Below are positions 38,259 through 49,190 of a DNA stretch of 64,000 nt, piece by piece. The first letter of the stretch is position 1, and the number at the start of each line of letters is the position of its first letter. Below the pieces are notes generated by a model. That model made no database searches and was not told the DNA's origin. It saw only the letters and a list, made by a program, of their open reading frames with translations. The stretch is from positions 96,001 through 160,000 of IMG/VR virus record IMGVR_UViG_3300036802_000112; one strand, 5' to 3'. The position numbers and the translations under genes were made by a program. Source of the DNA: a virus (Duplodnaviria; Caudoviricetes).

Positions 38259-41200
38259 TTAATATCTTTGCATTAATAAGAACTTAGCGTAATCTTCTAA
38301 CGATTCTTCTAAAGCCTTTTCTAAATTCTTCACACGTTTTGCGATAACTTCGGGACCACCTTTTACATGGCGATTAATGATTGCCTCGATTTCTGTTATC
38401 GTTAAATCCTTATTCCACACCGTACCAAAATTCTCATTAGGTGTTTTGTCGTTTTTGTATAAGTCACGTAATGTTTCGCATTCAGAAGCGTTAATTACTA
38501 CTCCTTCTACTTCGTGCATTTTCTTCAACTTATCTCTGATTCCATTCATGCCAGCACGATCCACAACTTCTCCAAAGTCAGAAGCCTTTACATTCGTTTG
38601 GCCTAGCAATACAGAATCCTCAATATCATTATAACTTTCTGGAGAGCGTAAGTAACCACCTGAAATTTGTGTTCTTGCACCTTTATTGTACTCTCCTTCA
38701 TGAGAAACACCAGTTACGTAGAATACAATGTTTTCTCTAGTTGGTTCGAGCCATGCGTTGAATCCTGGTCTAATCATAGGATTCATCGTTGTCAGGTTTA
38801 CATTGATGGTATGTGCATTCGCTCTACTTAGATGCATAATGTACTTAGCGTATCTTTCTAACATCGTATCGATACTCATTTGACCCTCTGTTACACTTTT
38901 TAAGTCATTACGTATCAATATTTGTTCTTCTACTCTTAAATTCATTTTGTATCTCTTTTCATCATCACTCAGCATCGGTTCATAGTTAGATGTGAACTCA
39001 GGAAGTTCTGTCGGATACCCTTGGACTAATTGATTACCATCCATCGAAGCACCACCGCCACCTGCGTCACCACCACCAGCTCCAGGAACAGTTCCGGTTG
39101 CATTGTCACCAATCGCTTGAACATCTTTACCTTGACTTCCTCTACCGCTACCACGCTGTACAATACGCATTCTAACTGTACGTTTCCCCCAACTATCAGC
39201 TGTCTTTCCATCTGGTTGCAAAAGGTCAATATGTTTTACCTTAATTGCTCCACCTGTATCGAGAGCTACTGCTAAAAATTTAGCTGGAGCAGCTGGATGC
39301 ACATCACCTACTTGTTCGATTTCTACAACTGAATAGTATGGAATATATCTTGGATCTACAGCGATAATTCTATGACCTTTATAAAGAGTAACCCCTCTAA
39401 TAGAGAAACCAACGGCAGTACTGAATCCACCTTCCATCGCATTATCCGCAGCATAGTAAGATGTACATAAAATATTATCCGCCCATCCACCACTATCCAT
39501 AGCCGCTTTCAGTGAAGCACCATCATTTACTTGAGCGCTTGTAGGTGGCCCGAAAGTTTGTGCAGCAACTCTAACTTGCGGTGCTGACATAGCTTTTGGT
39601 GCTGGTAACAGTGGAGGAATCTTTATCGGATTCTTATCCAGATTACTTGTAATAGGTTTTGGACCGAACTTTTCCATAAGGGGTTGCGAAGGAGTTTCTG
39701 TTTTCCCTGGCTTACCTATACAAGCGTTGTATTCAGTGACTACATCTTTCAATAGCATCGCATAACTCTTTCCGATTTTACCTAAAGCATCACCTGGATC
39801 TACACGTCGAGCAGGGTCTAAAATTTGGTGAGATGTTATCGAGTTAGCAGGATTCAATTTAAAGTGATAACAAAGGTAAGCTAGTATCCACACATATCTT
39901 TTGTACGCTTCTTCATTATTACCTGTTCCTTTTACCGAGTAACAAAACTCTACACCTATCGCATTACTGTTAGGTTGTACTCCATATAGTTCCACCGCTT
40001 TCGGACTATCCCTAACATGGTTAGCCGCTTCGGTTGGTCCTGTAACAGCAGGGATGCATTCTAATATATTCTGCCAATCAACAAATATATGAGCAGAAGC
40101 GAAGTCTTCGTTACGACTTCTTTCATAAAAACCTACGTTAGCGTTAGCGAAAGATTCCGGAGAACCTACGTCATGTGCTACGATAAATTTAACTTGTCCT
40201 AGTTTGTTGCCTGATCTACGTTTACTAGGAGCAGTTAAATACTTAGTGGATATTTGATATTTCATATTAAAATTAACACCAGATGGAGGTGTCCAATTGC
40301 TATTATCGACAGCACCACCTCCGCCTTCAGCAGAGCCACTTCCACCTCCACCAACCATTTGTTTTCCATAAACTTTCGCTTCAATGAATTGAGATACGTA
40401 TTTCCCCTTCTCAGGCGTACCTACGTATAATCCCATTGGAACTGAAGCTGCCAATTGTGAACCTACAGTTGCTTGATCTCGAAGTTCTCCGATAATCATT
40501 TCATTCGTGCCACCCTTTACGAGCACACGAGTCGGTTCAGCTTCCCAATTGTTATAATAAGATGCGTTTTCTACAATTGACTCATCTAGTATATGACTCT
40601 TTAAGATGTCATCCTTCCAAGAAGGAGTTTTTATTTTGAATGTGCCATCTCTATCTTGGTAGAATTCAAATGACAGTTGAGATAACAGTTCGTTTAAATA
40701 CGAATAAAACGTATCTATTTTAACTGCCCTAGAGAACGTAACCGCATCGAAATACCCCGATTCCCTAAATACCTTATCAACATCAGCCATAACCTTAAAT
40801 CTGTTCTTTAATCCGGTAAATGAGAAGTTTGTATCTTCTTTTCCGATGTCATAGTACGCTTTGTGTATTTGGTCAAATAAATGAAGAATAAGTTCTTCAA
40901 TACTTTTATCTTTCAGCAATGTATCCTTTTGCGTTTGGAATAATTGAAAGGCTTCTGTAGAGTTAATGTTTTGCGCTTCGTATTCGAACCGTTGTGAGTT
41001 AACATACTCGTCTCCTGGTTTTAAATTAAGCGGTACCGCGATATCTAACCAATGATAAAATCCTTTTACATTGAAAGTTAAAAGCCCTAAATACCCTCGG
41101 CTTTCATTCCACGACTTATTCAGAATTTCTCCTTCAAAAATCATCCCGAATTTACCCGAGAATGGATTTTTACCAAAGATACGAACCTGCGTTAAATATA

Positions 41201-41357
41201 ATTTCAACTTATCTAAAGCAGGTGTCTTTAACATTGTGACGGTACCAGTCGCACCATCAGCGAACAAACCAAGATTCGTTTTCCAATTGATAACGTACGG
41301 ATCAACCCGTACGTTATCAAAATAAATCAGATAGTCTGCTTGTTCTATTAAATTCAT
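38259..41357 (-). CDS. Baseplate hub/tail lysin with Amidase_2 and 3D domains
   Basis: IVAHDVG, SAHIFVD, NSNAIGVEFC, SHQ..DPG (amidase); IAVDPRYIP, DTGGAIK..HIDLL (3D). Confidence 0.85.
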   Translation of the reverse strand: MNLIEQADYLIYFDNVRVDPYVINWKTNLGLFADGATGTVTMLKTPALDKLKLYLTQVRIFGKNPFSGKFGMIFEGEILNKSWNESRGYLGLLTFNVKGFYHWLDIAVPLNLKPGDEYVNSQRFEYEAQNINSTEAFQLFQTQKDTLLKDKSIEELILHLFDQIHKAYYDIGKEDTNFSFTGLKNRFKVMADVDKVFRESGYFDAVTFSRAVKIDTFYSYLNELLSQLSFEFYQDRDGTFKIKTPSWKDDILKSHILDESIVENASYYNNWEAEPTRVLVKGGTNEMIIGELRDQATVGSQLAASVPMGLYVGTPEKGKYVSQFIEAKVYGKQMVGGGGSGSAEGGGGAVDNSNWTPPSGVNFNMKYQISTKYLTAPSKRRSGNKLGQVKFIVAHDVGSPESFANANVGFYERSRNEDFASAHIFVDWQNILECIPAVTGPTEAANHVRDSPKAVELYGVQPNSNAIGVEFCYSVKGTGNNEEAYKRYVWILAYLCYHFKLNPANSITSHQILDPARRVDPGDALGKIGKSYAMLLKDVVTEYNACIGKPGKTETPSQPLMEKFGPKPITSNLDKNPIKIPPLLPAPKAMSAPQVRVAAQTFGPPTSAQVNDGASLKAAMDSGGWADNILCTSYYAADNAMEGGFSTAVGFSIRGVTLYKGHRIIAVDPRYIPYYSVVEIEQVGDVHPAAPAKFLAVALDTGGAIKVKHIDLLQPDGKTADSWGKRTVRMRIVQRGSGRGSQGKDVQAIGDNATGTVPGAGGGDAGGGGASMDGNQLVQGYPTELPEFTSNYEPMLSDDEKRYKMNLRVEEQILIRNDLKSVTEGQMSIDTMLERYAKYIMHLSRANAHTINVNLTTMNPMIRPGFNAWLEPTRENIVFYVTGVSHEGEYNKGARTQISGGYLRSPESYNDIEDSVLLGQTNVKASDFGEVVDRAGMNGIRDKLKKMHEVEGVVINASECETLRDLYKNDKTPNENFGTVWNKDLTITEIEAIINRHVKGGPEVIAKRVKNLEKALEESLEDYAKFLLMQRY

Positions 41358-41372
41358 ACAAACACCACCATT

Positions 41373-44300
41373 CTAGAAGTTCTGCATCAATAAATGCTTC
41401 ACGAAGAACTCAACAGAATTAGAAATTGCCTCGTCCACTTCTTTCGCTCTCTTTTTAACAAACTCAGGAGCCTTAGCAAACGTATCTTGTACTTGCTTAT
41501 GCAATTCATCCTCTGTGAATTCTTTGTTCCATATCGTCGCATAATTACCTACCTTATCGTCAGGTATTGTATACAACTCTTTTAATAATTCTACCTCACT
41601 TGCATCAGAAACAACATCTTCTCGAGCATGAAGTTCCTTCAGTTTATTTTGGATACCCGGTAAAGCATCTTTCTTCAGTGCAATACCGAAATCACTAGCG
41701 CCAGCATTAGGGACACCTACAAATATAGAAGAGTCGATTTTATCATACTTATCTGTTTCCCTAACGTAACCACCACTGATAGACGTTGTACATCCACTAC
41801 CATACGCCCCATTATGACCAAGGCCAGTAATATAAAATACAACATCTTGTCTAGTTGGCTCAAGCCAAGCATTAAATCCAGGACGTAGATTAGGCATACA
41901 AAGGTTTAATGAAACTTGTATGTTGTGCGCTTGGGCTCTAGATACATACATAATGTACTTCGCATAATCTTGAAGTAATTTATCGATTGTATACTGCCCT
42001 TCTTGAATACTCTTCAAATCATTCTTCAGTAGTGTTTGTTCTACTATTTTTAAGTTCATTTTATACATTTTTTCTTCGTCACTTAGCATCGCTCTGTAGT
42101 TAGATTCGAAGTCAGGTAACGTTGCGTTGGTAGCAGATCCAGGGAACATAATACTCTCATTCTCCCCTGGTTTAGATGTGTTATCGAAATCTTTATTCGG
42201 GTCACCTTCAATGTAGTTAGCATCAAATAACCCAGTATATTCTTTGATAACAGAATCAATGAAATTCAATTCGTCTTTGTTATTAACTTTCTTTCTAGCT
42301 AACTTAAAGTTCAATCCATTCAATTGACCTGATTCTTTCGCTACTTCTTGTGCTAGACTTTCAACCGTCCCCATTTCACCACGATAGTAAGCTAATAAAG
42401 CGAATGTAACTTTATTATTAAATCGCTTCATACATTGAGCTAAAAATTCAGAACCAAACTGAATAGAACTAAATCCGAAGTCCTTGTCCTTTCCACCTAA
42501 TACATCCTTACCGTAATGCTCCTTGTTAATCCCTGTCAATCCAATGTGTGTCTTGCTTTCCCAATCCATTTTCCATTTAGAGAAAAAAGCAATGATACAA
42601 GCAATCAAGTTACCCTCTACACCACTCGGATTCTGTGCTAATGCCATTGTATAAAAACTTCCATCCTTTGGAACTGGATATTTGAAAGCTCTACTTGGAT
42701 CGTACTTAACTGGTTTCGGTTTTGGTTTTTGATTCAAACTATTAACCCATTCTAAACCACCTTGTACTTTAATAGGGTTATTTAAGTCAGGAACAAGATT
42801 AGTGTTTGCAAGAGGTGTCGCAGTCGTTCTTTGCATCGGCATTGCCATAGCAGCTGCTTTCGGCTTTAATTTATCCATTGGATTAATAAGGCTGCTATTA
42901 CCACCACCCCCTGTTAACTTGTCCATAGGATTGATAAGGCTACTATTTCCTTTAGGATCATCTTTCTTAGGAGCTGTTGGCTTAACCGGACTTCCTGAAC
43001 CAGCAGGTGGTTCTTGCCCAGCCCCACTTTTCTTCATTCCAGCCAAGAATGGAATAGGATTTAAATTCTTACCACCGTTATGTCTATCACCTTGCCAAAT
43101 TTCAAAGTGAAGGTGAGGTCCCGAAGAATCACCTGTATTTCCTGACACTCCTAATTCTTGTCCAGGTGTAACGTTATCTCCAACTTTTACAGCAAAGGTA
43201 CTCATATGCATGTAAACAAATTGATGCATTTTCCCATTAAGTTGCTGTTCAACAATAATCCAATTTCCTGCTGTCGCTGAACCTTTATTCGCTAATGTAA
43301 CCTTTCCATGTGTACCAATACTTTTAATTGGTTGATATCTAAAACCATAATCGACTCCTCTATGACCCGGGTTACCAGGATTCTCAGCCCCATGTTTCTG
43401 AGTGATTTTGTATTCACCCAAATTATCGAACCATCCACCTGCAACTGTACCCGTAGGCGCAAAACCATCATTACCAACGCCACCAGGAGGGGGAGCGACG
43501 CCGTAATCTTTCAAGAATCGTTGAATCGTTTGAGAGAAGAATTCACCTTCCTCGGGAGTTCCGATGTATAATCCCATAGGCATATCTCCCAACATTTGAC
43601 TAGCACCTGGTGAAATTGGAGTTGTAGTATTATGCAGCAACTCACTTGTACCACCTTTTACAAGAACACGAGTTGGTTCGCCTTCCCAGTTATCAAGACC
43701 CGATACGTTTTGAACTAAGAATTCATCAATGATATGATTCTGCAAAATGTTATCAGCCCATGCAGGAGGTTTTATTTTAAAAGAGCCATCTCTATCTTGG
43801 TAAAATTCAAACATCATTTGAGATAAAAGTTCATTTAAATACACATAAAACGAATTGATTTGAGTTGCTGTTACAAAGGTGGAAATATCTATAAAACCCG
43901 CTTGTCTGAATGACTCGTCTATATCACCAAGTACTTTAAATCGATTCTTAATATCTACAAAATCGAATGCGGTTTTGTTTTCTCCAAGGTCGAAGTACCC
44001 TTTGTGGATTTGTTCAATTAACAAATCGATAACTTGTTGTATTGTCTTTTCTTTTAATAACGCATCTTTCTGAGAAATCATCATTTCTAATACGTTATTT
44101 GTATTTATGTTTTGTGCCTCATACTCAAAACGTTTCGCGTTTACGAATTCATCAAATGTGTTAATCATCATAGGAACCGAGATGTTTAACCAATGATAAA
44201 AACCACGAATTGCAAATGTAACTGTGCCTGTATTCCCTCTACTACTGCTATGATTTCGGTTTATGATTTCACCATCAAAAACCATTGCGAATTTCTTCGT

Positions 44301-44498
44301 GAATACGTTTCTAGCGAAGATTTTTACTTGTGATAAATAAGGTTTTAATTTATCCATCGCAGGTGTTCTAAACATTGTTATTGATGCACTCGCATCAGAA
44401 GCGAATAAACCAAGTTGACTATTCCATTGAATTACATACGGATCTACACGAACGTTATCCATATAAATACGGTAATCGCTTGTTTGTATAAGATTCAC
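41373..44498 (-). CDS. Baseplate hub/tail lysin with M23 peptidase and degenerate SLT-like domain
   Basis: HRGVD, YMHM, GNTGDSSGPHLHFE (M23); hub frame paralogous to 38259-41357. Confidence 0.85.
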   Translation of the reverse strand: MNLIQTSDYRIYMDNVRVDPYVIQWNSQLGLFASDASASITMFRTPAMDKLKPYLSQVKIFARNVFTKKFAMVFDGEIINRNHSSSRGNTGTVTFAIRGFYHWLNISVPMMINTFDEFVNAKRFEYEAQNINTNNVLEMMISQKDALLKEKTIQQVIDLLIEQIHKGYFDLGENKTAFDFVDIKNRFKVLGDIDESFRQAGFIDISTFVTATQINSFYVYLNELLSQMMFEFYQDRDGSFKIKPPAWADNILQNHIIDEFLVQNVSGLDNWEGEPTRVLVKGGTSELLHNTTTPISPGASQMLGDMPMGLYIGTPEEGEFFSQTIQRFLKDYGVAPPPGGVGNDGFAPTGTVAGGWFDNLGEYKITQKHGAENPGNPGHRGVDYGFRYQPIKSIGTHGKVTLANKGSATAGNWIIVEQQLNGKMHQFVYMHMSTFAVKVGDNVTPGQELGVSGNTGDSSGPHLHFEIWQGDRHNGGKNLNPIPFLAGMKKSGAGQEPPAGSGSPVKPTAPKKDDPKGNSSLINPMDKLTGGGGNSSLINPMDKLKPKAAAMAMPMQRTTATPLANTNLVPDLNNPIKVQGGLEWVNSLNQKPKPKPVKYDPSRAFKYPVPKDGSFYTMALAQNPSGVEGNLIACIIAFFSKWKMDWESKTHIGLTGINKEHYGKDVLGGKDKDFGFSSIQFGSEFLAQCMKRFNNKVTFALLAYYRGEMGTVESLAQEVAKESGQLNGLNFKLARKKVNNKDELNFIDSVIKEYTGLFDANYIEGDPNKDFDNTSKPGENESIMFPGSATNATLPDFESNYRAMLSDEEKMYKMNLKIVEQTLLKNDLKSIQEGQYTIDKLLQDYAKYIMYVSRAQAHNIQVSLNLCMPNLRPGFNAWLEPTRQDVVFYITGLGHNGAYGSGCTTSISGGYVRETDKYDKIDSSIFVGVPNAGASDFGIALKKDALPGIQNKLKELHAREDVVSDASEVELLKELYTIPDDKVGNYATIWNKEFTEDELHKQVQDTFAKAPEFVKKRAKEVDEAISNSVEFFVKHLLMQNF

Positions 44499-44526
44499 AT
44501 TATCACTCCTATATTTATAAAAAACC

Positions 44527-45759
44527 CTATCCGCGGATAGGGTTTTTTATAACGTTATTAATATCACTCAGCCATTCAGTCTCCGTCTTACCACCCCTAT
44601 CATGAGTATAAGGGATACTGTTTATTTCTGACGAGTTTAAACCTTTTTCATGAAGAACCATTAGTTGCATTTGGAACTTACGATGTAATGATTCTTCTTG
44701 TCTGTCGCTATAACTAAAACTAGCAATCAGACCTTTGTAGAGTCTTTCTTTATAGAAGAACTCACAAATGGACATAGAATAATGTTGTCCACTCTTTTGA
44801 GGTTCGATAAACTTCTTGTAATGATTTAAGAACTGATCAAACTCTCTATTTGTTTTTGTGTCTAGCCAATAACCAGAGATATTCAGTACAGATAAATTGG
44901 CACCAGATAAATTGAAGAACCAACCACCATTTGATTTTGTAGCGTTTATCGTATTACTGTAACTACCACTGACAGACATAACACGCATTTCCATGCTGAT
45001 AGTCTCCTTGTCATTTTTAACTCTTAGTACAGGTCTTCTGTAATTAGGGTTTTCAAAAGCAGGAAGCGTAGTCGGAACAGATGTATTTTTCACACTACGA
45101 GAAGCGATTGGTAAAGGTATTTCAATATCGCCATGAGCGATTTTTGTTTCTGTGACATTATTAGGCGCGTCTCCAGTAGCGACACTGTAAGCTGAGAAGC
45201 GTGGAAGTACTTCTTCTACAGAAGCCGATTGATTTACACCACCTGTAATTTCCAGTAATTTCTCGGGTAGAGGAGTAAACAATACCGTTTCTTCATTACT
45301 AGCTTCCACCCATTCATTAGGGCCTACAAGCCACTTCTCACCATTAATATCTGATGAACCGAATACATAACGAACCTCTCCCATTTGCATATCACGTACG
45401 CGCATGACGTCTGTTCCGTTTCTTACAGTTCTATAAAGCGGAATCTTTTCTAGTGTTTCCAGTGTTCCGATTTGCCCTATACGAACTAAACGGTTTTTGT
45501 ATTTCGTTTCCTCAATCATATCACTTCTATGATATAAGTCACTTGATTTCAACACACTATCCGCACTTTGTTTCATTGCGATATCAGACTGTTCCTGAGA
45601 ATATTCAGAAACAGTCCTTACTTTTACTTTCGTTAGATCTGGCACACGATGTGGATTTTTAATTGAAGGGTTATCTTTCAACAATATCGATACCTTTGAA
45701 TTAAACTTATACGCAACCGTATATAGATTTTCACCATCTCGTGTAACGTAATTTATCAT
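44527..45759 (-). CDS. LysM-domain baseplate/tube-initiator protein
   Basis: N-terminal YVTRDGENLYTVAYKF...NPSIKNP LysM; tube-like C-terminus. Confidence 0.7.
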   Translation of the reverse strand: MINYVTRDGENLYTVAYKFNSKVSILLKDNPSIKNPHRVPDLTKVKVRTVSEYSQEQSDIAMKQSADSVLKSSDLYHRSDMIEETKYKNRLVRIGQIGTLETLEKIPLYRTVRNGTDVMRVRDMQMGEVRYVFGSSDINGEKWLVGPNEWVEASNEETVLFTPLPEKLLEITGGVNQSASVEEVLPRFSAYSVATGDAPNNVTETKIAHGDIEIPLPIASRSVKNTSVPTTLPAFENPNYRRPVLRVKNDKETISMEMRVMSVSGSYSNTINATKSNGGWFFNLSGANLSVLNISGYWLDTKTNREFDQFLNHYKKFIEPQKSGQHYSMSICEFFYKERLYKGLIASFSYSDRQEESLHRKFQMQLMVLHEKGLNSSEINSIPYTHDRGGKTETEWLSDINNVIKNPIRG

Positions 45760-46049
45760 TTTGCATCACGATCCTTTCTAAAGAGCGGACCGCTTGAAAA
45801 GTGAGCGTACACATCATCAACTTGAGCCTGAAGGGAATACATTGATATAGCTTCTGCTGCATCGTTATCAATCTCAGTTAATATACGCGTTCTTTCATGC
45901 TCGGGCAATCCACCCTCGTTGCGTTCTAAAAATTCTCCCATCTGTTCATTACGCTCAACTAATTCATCGCCGTTTGTTCTGAGCATTCGTTCGATATCAT
46001 GCGCATTGATTTCTTGAAGTCTTAGATTTCTAAACGCCCTTCTGTTCAA
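45756..46049 (-). CDS. Hypothetical protein
   Basis: 97 aa, TTG start, overlaps the next gene. Confidence 0.55.
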   Translation of the reverse strand: MNRRAFRNLRLQEINAHDIERMLRTNGDELVERNEQMGEFLERNEGGLPEHERTRILTEIDNDAAEAISMYSLQAQVDDVYAHFSSGPLFRKDRDAK

Positions 46050-46061
46050 TTATAGCACCAC

Positions 46062-49000
46062 CTATCCCGAATACGTATTTTTCGTTCTGTAAGAACCATT
46101 TTTTATACTATTCGTAGCATCTTTTAATTGCTTCGCTTCTTTTGTCATTGTTTCAACAAAAGTACCGAGTGCTTTTTCATGGTCTTTAGCAGCAGCAGAC
46201 ATCTTCTTATCACCGTCTTTACCTTCTTTTCCGTTGACGATGTTATCAGTCTTATCAGCATGACCTTCACGAACAACGTCATTTGCAATAGCGTTAAATA
46301 CCTTTTGGCTATCGACTGTACCATTAGACATTAACTTGTCCATACTAATTTGACCATTCGATTTTTCTTGCAAACCTTGAGCAACTTTTTTCAATTGTTC
46401 AGGACTCATGTTATCAAAGATTTCTTTACCTTGCTTTAACATAACATCCGACTGTTCTTTTAAATCCGTTACAGAAAGTTTACCTTCTTTTAATTGTTCT
46501 TTAAAGCTATCTCCATAAGCCTTATAGCTTTTGAACATCTTGTTCATACCTTCTTCATCTAATGCACCAGTGATACCAACGAATTCACTGACACCTTCAG
46601 CAAGACGAGCATAGCCTTCTGATTGTCTACCCATATCCTTTGCTGCTTTTAATGCACCTTCTTGGTCATTTTGTTTATCGGTAAACTTTTGGTAATCTTT
46701 TGCCAAGTCTCTCACTTTAGAGTTAGAAGTCATTTTTTCAACTTCGTCTACGTTACCTGATTTAATCAAGCTTTCAAGTTTCGTATAATCCTTTTCATCT
46801 ACATCAGTCAGTTTTTCATTTGAAAATACTTTTTTGATTTTCTTACTTAAATCCTTACCTTCTTTATTTAAATTTTTACCACTTTCTTCAAGAGATGAAA
46901 TGGTGTCATTTAAATTACCACTCATATCAACTTTGCCTCGGTCTAAATCTTTTCCAGAACCCCATATAGGCGTTTCAGGACTTAAAGCAATCATAGATCT
47001 ATCCGCAAACTGACCTACTGTACCTAAGAAACCATCATATTTACCAGAAGCTTTATTAGTTGCATATTCTGCCCTTCTTTTGTCTACGCCTTCTAATTTA
47101 CCTCCAGATATTTTATCTTGTAGCTTCTTCAATTCTGAACCTGTGATAGAGTCATCATCAATTCTATCTACTATGCCAGAGAAGGATTCTTTCGATATAC
47201 GAGTGCGTTTGTCTTCCGCTAATTTATCTAACGAAATAATACCCTTTTCCATCTTATAGGCACTTTCCGCATCAGTAACATCCATACCTTTTTTACTTCT
47301 TAGTTCATCGACATTACCTTTTAAAACTTTATTAATGGCATCGACACCCTTAGTATCTCTTATTTGATCCGCACTGAATTCATCAAGTACTTCTCCACCA
47401 ATAATACTTCTGTCGCCTATTCCTGTTTGCCACTTTTGGAAGTCAGTCGAGAAGTTAGCGATACCGTCACTTACATACTGACCTGCATCTCCAAAGTGAG
47501 AAGAAACATTACGTTTCCACCAATATTTTGCACCTTTCATTATCCCTGTCGCATTAGATTGCGAATAAGAATCCATTTCTTCTCGAATAGATTTGGCAGT
47601 CATTAATTTACCGATATCTTCATTCTTATTCATTTCGAATAAGTTTTCTAAATGCTCGGCTTCAGCAGAGCTTCTAGCTAACCCTAATTGTTGAATTGCG
47701 ACACTCTTATCGTCGATGCCACCTTGTTTCATAGCAGCTTCAACCGCAGCGTTAGCGTACTTATAAATGTCTGCTCCATTAGCTTTGTTAGAGAATGATT
47801 CAGACGCGCTGGATACAATCTTAGCTTGTTCAACGTTAGAGTATTGTTGCAAATTATTAGCTGAACTAGATCTTAAACTATCAAGAGTAAGACTTCCGTT
47901 TTCTACACCTTCCGTCAACTCATTGAATTTTTCCATATTAAATTCGAACTTTTTACCCTTTTGTTCAATAGCTCCGCCAAAAAGACCAATTAAGTTGTTT
48001 CTACCTTCTTGACCATCAAGGTAACCACGCACACTTCTTTCAGTATTCATCGATACTTGATCTGCACCACCATTATTTTTTAAGTAGTGATACATGTCTT
48101 GGTCATCGGATTTTTTATACTTCTCCTCTAACATCGTTCCTAATGTAGCAGAGTAAGTTAAAGTACCCATAACATTTTTAGCATCGAGTGACGTGCCTTG
48201 TGTAATTGCATCAGAAGTACCCATTAATTTTTCGGCAGCCTTAGACGGATCAGTTCCCCAAAGAGAAGAAACTACTTTGATTCTAGCAGACATACTAGAC
48301 ATATCCTGTGAACCAACACCACGACGTTCTAACTCACCCATAAATGCAGTAGCTTCTTCGATAGATTGATTCATTGTTAAAGTGATTTGTTTCACTTGAT
48401 CTACAATGCTATCGAATTTCTTTTTGAAGCCTTCAATGTCAGTCGCACTCTTTAATAACTTATTATCAAGAGCACCACCTAATATTTGTTGCATCTCTTG
48501 GTCTTCTAAGAGCTTCTCAGGGGCTAAGTGTCTGATATGTTTCGCTAAGTCTTGTCGTCCTTCTAAATCAATACCCGCTCCGCCAAACTCCGTTGTAGAC
48601 TCGAATGCGTTAAATGCTTTCGTTCCTTTTTTACGTAAGATTTCTTGTATCTTATTAGAAGTTTCAGCACCATCAGAAACCGCACCCACTGTACCGCCCA
48701 CAGCCGCCCCGACACCAGCTCCAATTGCTAACGAAGGTAATAACCCTGGAATTAAGAAAGAACCAGCAAACGCGGCACCCTGCGCCACCGCAGAGCCGGC
48801 ACCGATCACCTTGTCTTGCACTAATTTCGTTTGTTCAGCGAACATATCCGATGTACTCTCTTTAGAGTTTCGGCTCGGGTCATAATCCAAGTAGTTATTC
48901 ACAGCTTGGCTAATCATACCAGATGATTGTGCAACCTCTTTCTTTCCACTTCCGTATATAGGAGTCGCTTGAGACACTAACGGTTCGTACATTTGATAAC

Positions 49001-49184
49001 CATTATAAGGAGACATCGCAGGCATTGGGCGTTGAGATTGTGAAGCTTGAGCAACAGCAGATGCTAAAACCGCTTTATCACCTTGTGATTGAGCGCCTTG
49101 AACAGCTTGATTACCTTGCATGTTTTGTAACAACATATTTTGCGTGTTGAGCACCTGCATCAACGCGGCGTTATCCATTTCCAT
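46062..49184 (-). CDS. Tail tape measure protein
   Basis: 1040 aa, helical, Ala/Gly-rich hydrophobic segment; follows the tail chaperones. Confidence 0.8.
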   Translation of the reverse strand: MEMDNAALMQVLNTQNMLLQNMQGNQAVQGAQSQGDKAVLASAVAQASQSQRPMPAMSPYNGYQMYEPLVSQATPIYGSGKKEVAQSSGMISQAVNNYLDYDPSRNSKESTSDMFAEQTKLVQDKVIGAGSAVAQGAAFAGSFLIPGLLPSLAIGAGVGAAVGGTVGAVSDGAETSNKIQEILRKKGTKAFNAFESTTEFGGAGIDLEGRQDLAKHIRHLAPEKLLEDQEMQQILGGALDNKLLKSATDIEGFKKKFDSIVDQVKQITLTMNQSIEEATAFMGELERRGVGSQDMSSMSARIKVVSSLWGTDPSKAAEKLMGTSDAITQGTSLDAKNVMGTLTYSATLGTMLEEKYKKSDDQDMYHYLKNNGGADQVSMNTERSVRGYLDGQEGRNNLIGLFGGAIEQKGKKFEFNMEKFNELTEGVENGSLTLDSLRSSSANNLQQYSNVEQAKIVSSASESFSNKANGADIYKYANAAVEAAMKQGGIDDKSVAIQQLGLARSSAEAEHLENLFEMNKNEDIGKLMTAKSIREEMDSYSQSNATGIMKGAKYWWKRNVSSHFGDAGQYVSDGIANFSTDFQKWQTGIGDRSIIGGEVLDEFSADQIRDTKGVDAINKVLKGNVDELRSKKGMDVTDAESAYKMEKGIISLDKLAEDKRTRISKESFSGIVDRIDDDSITGSELKKLQDKISGGKLEGVDKRRAEYATNKASGKYDGFLGTVGQFADRSMIALSPETPIWGSGKDLDRGKVDMSGNLNDTISSLEESGKNLNKEGKDLSKKIKKVFSNEKLTDVDEKDYTKLESLIKSGNVDEVEKMTSNSKVRDLAKDYQKFTDKQNDQEGALKAAKDMGRQSEGYARLAEGVSEFVGITGALDEEGMNKMFKSYKAYGDSFKEQLKEGKLSVTDLKEQSDVMLKQGKEIFDNMSPEQLKKVAQGLQEKSNGQISMDKLMSNGTVDSQKVFNAIANDVVREGHADKTDNIVNGKEGKDGDKKMSAAAKDHEKALGTFVETMTKEAKQLKDATNSIKNGSYRTKNTYSG

Positions 49185-49190
49185 TATTCA

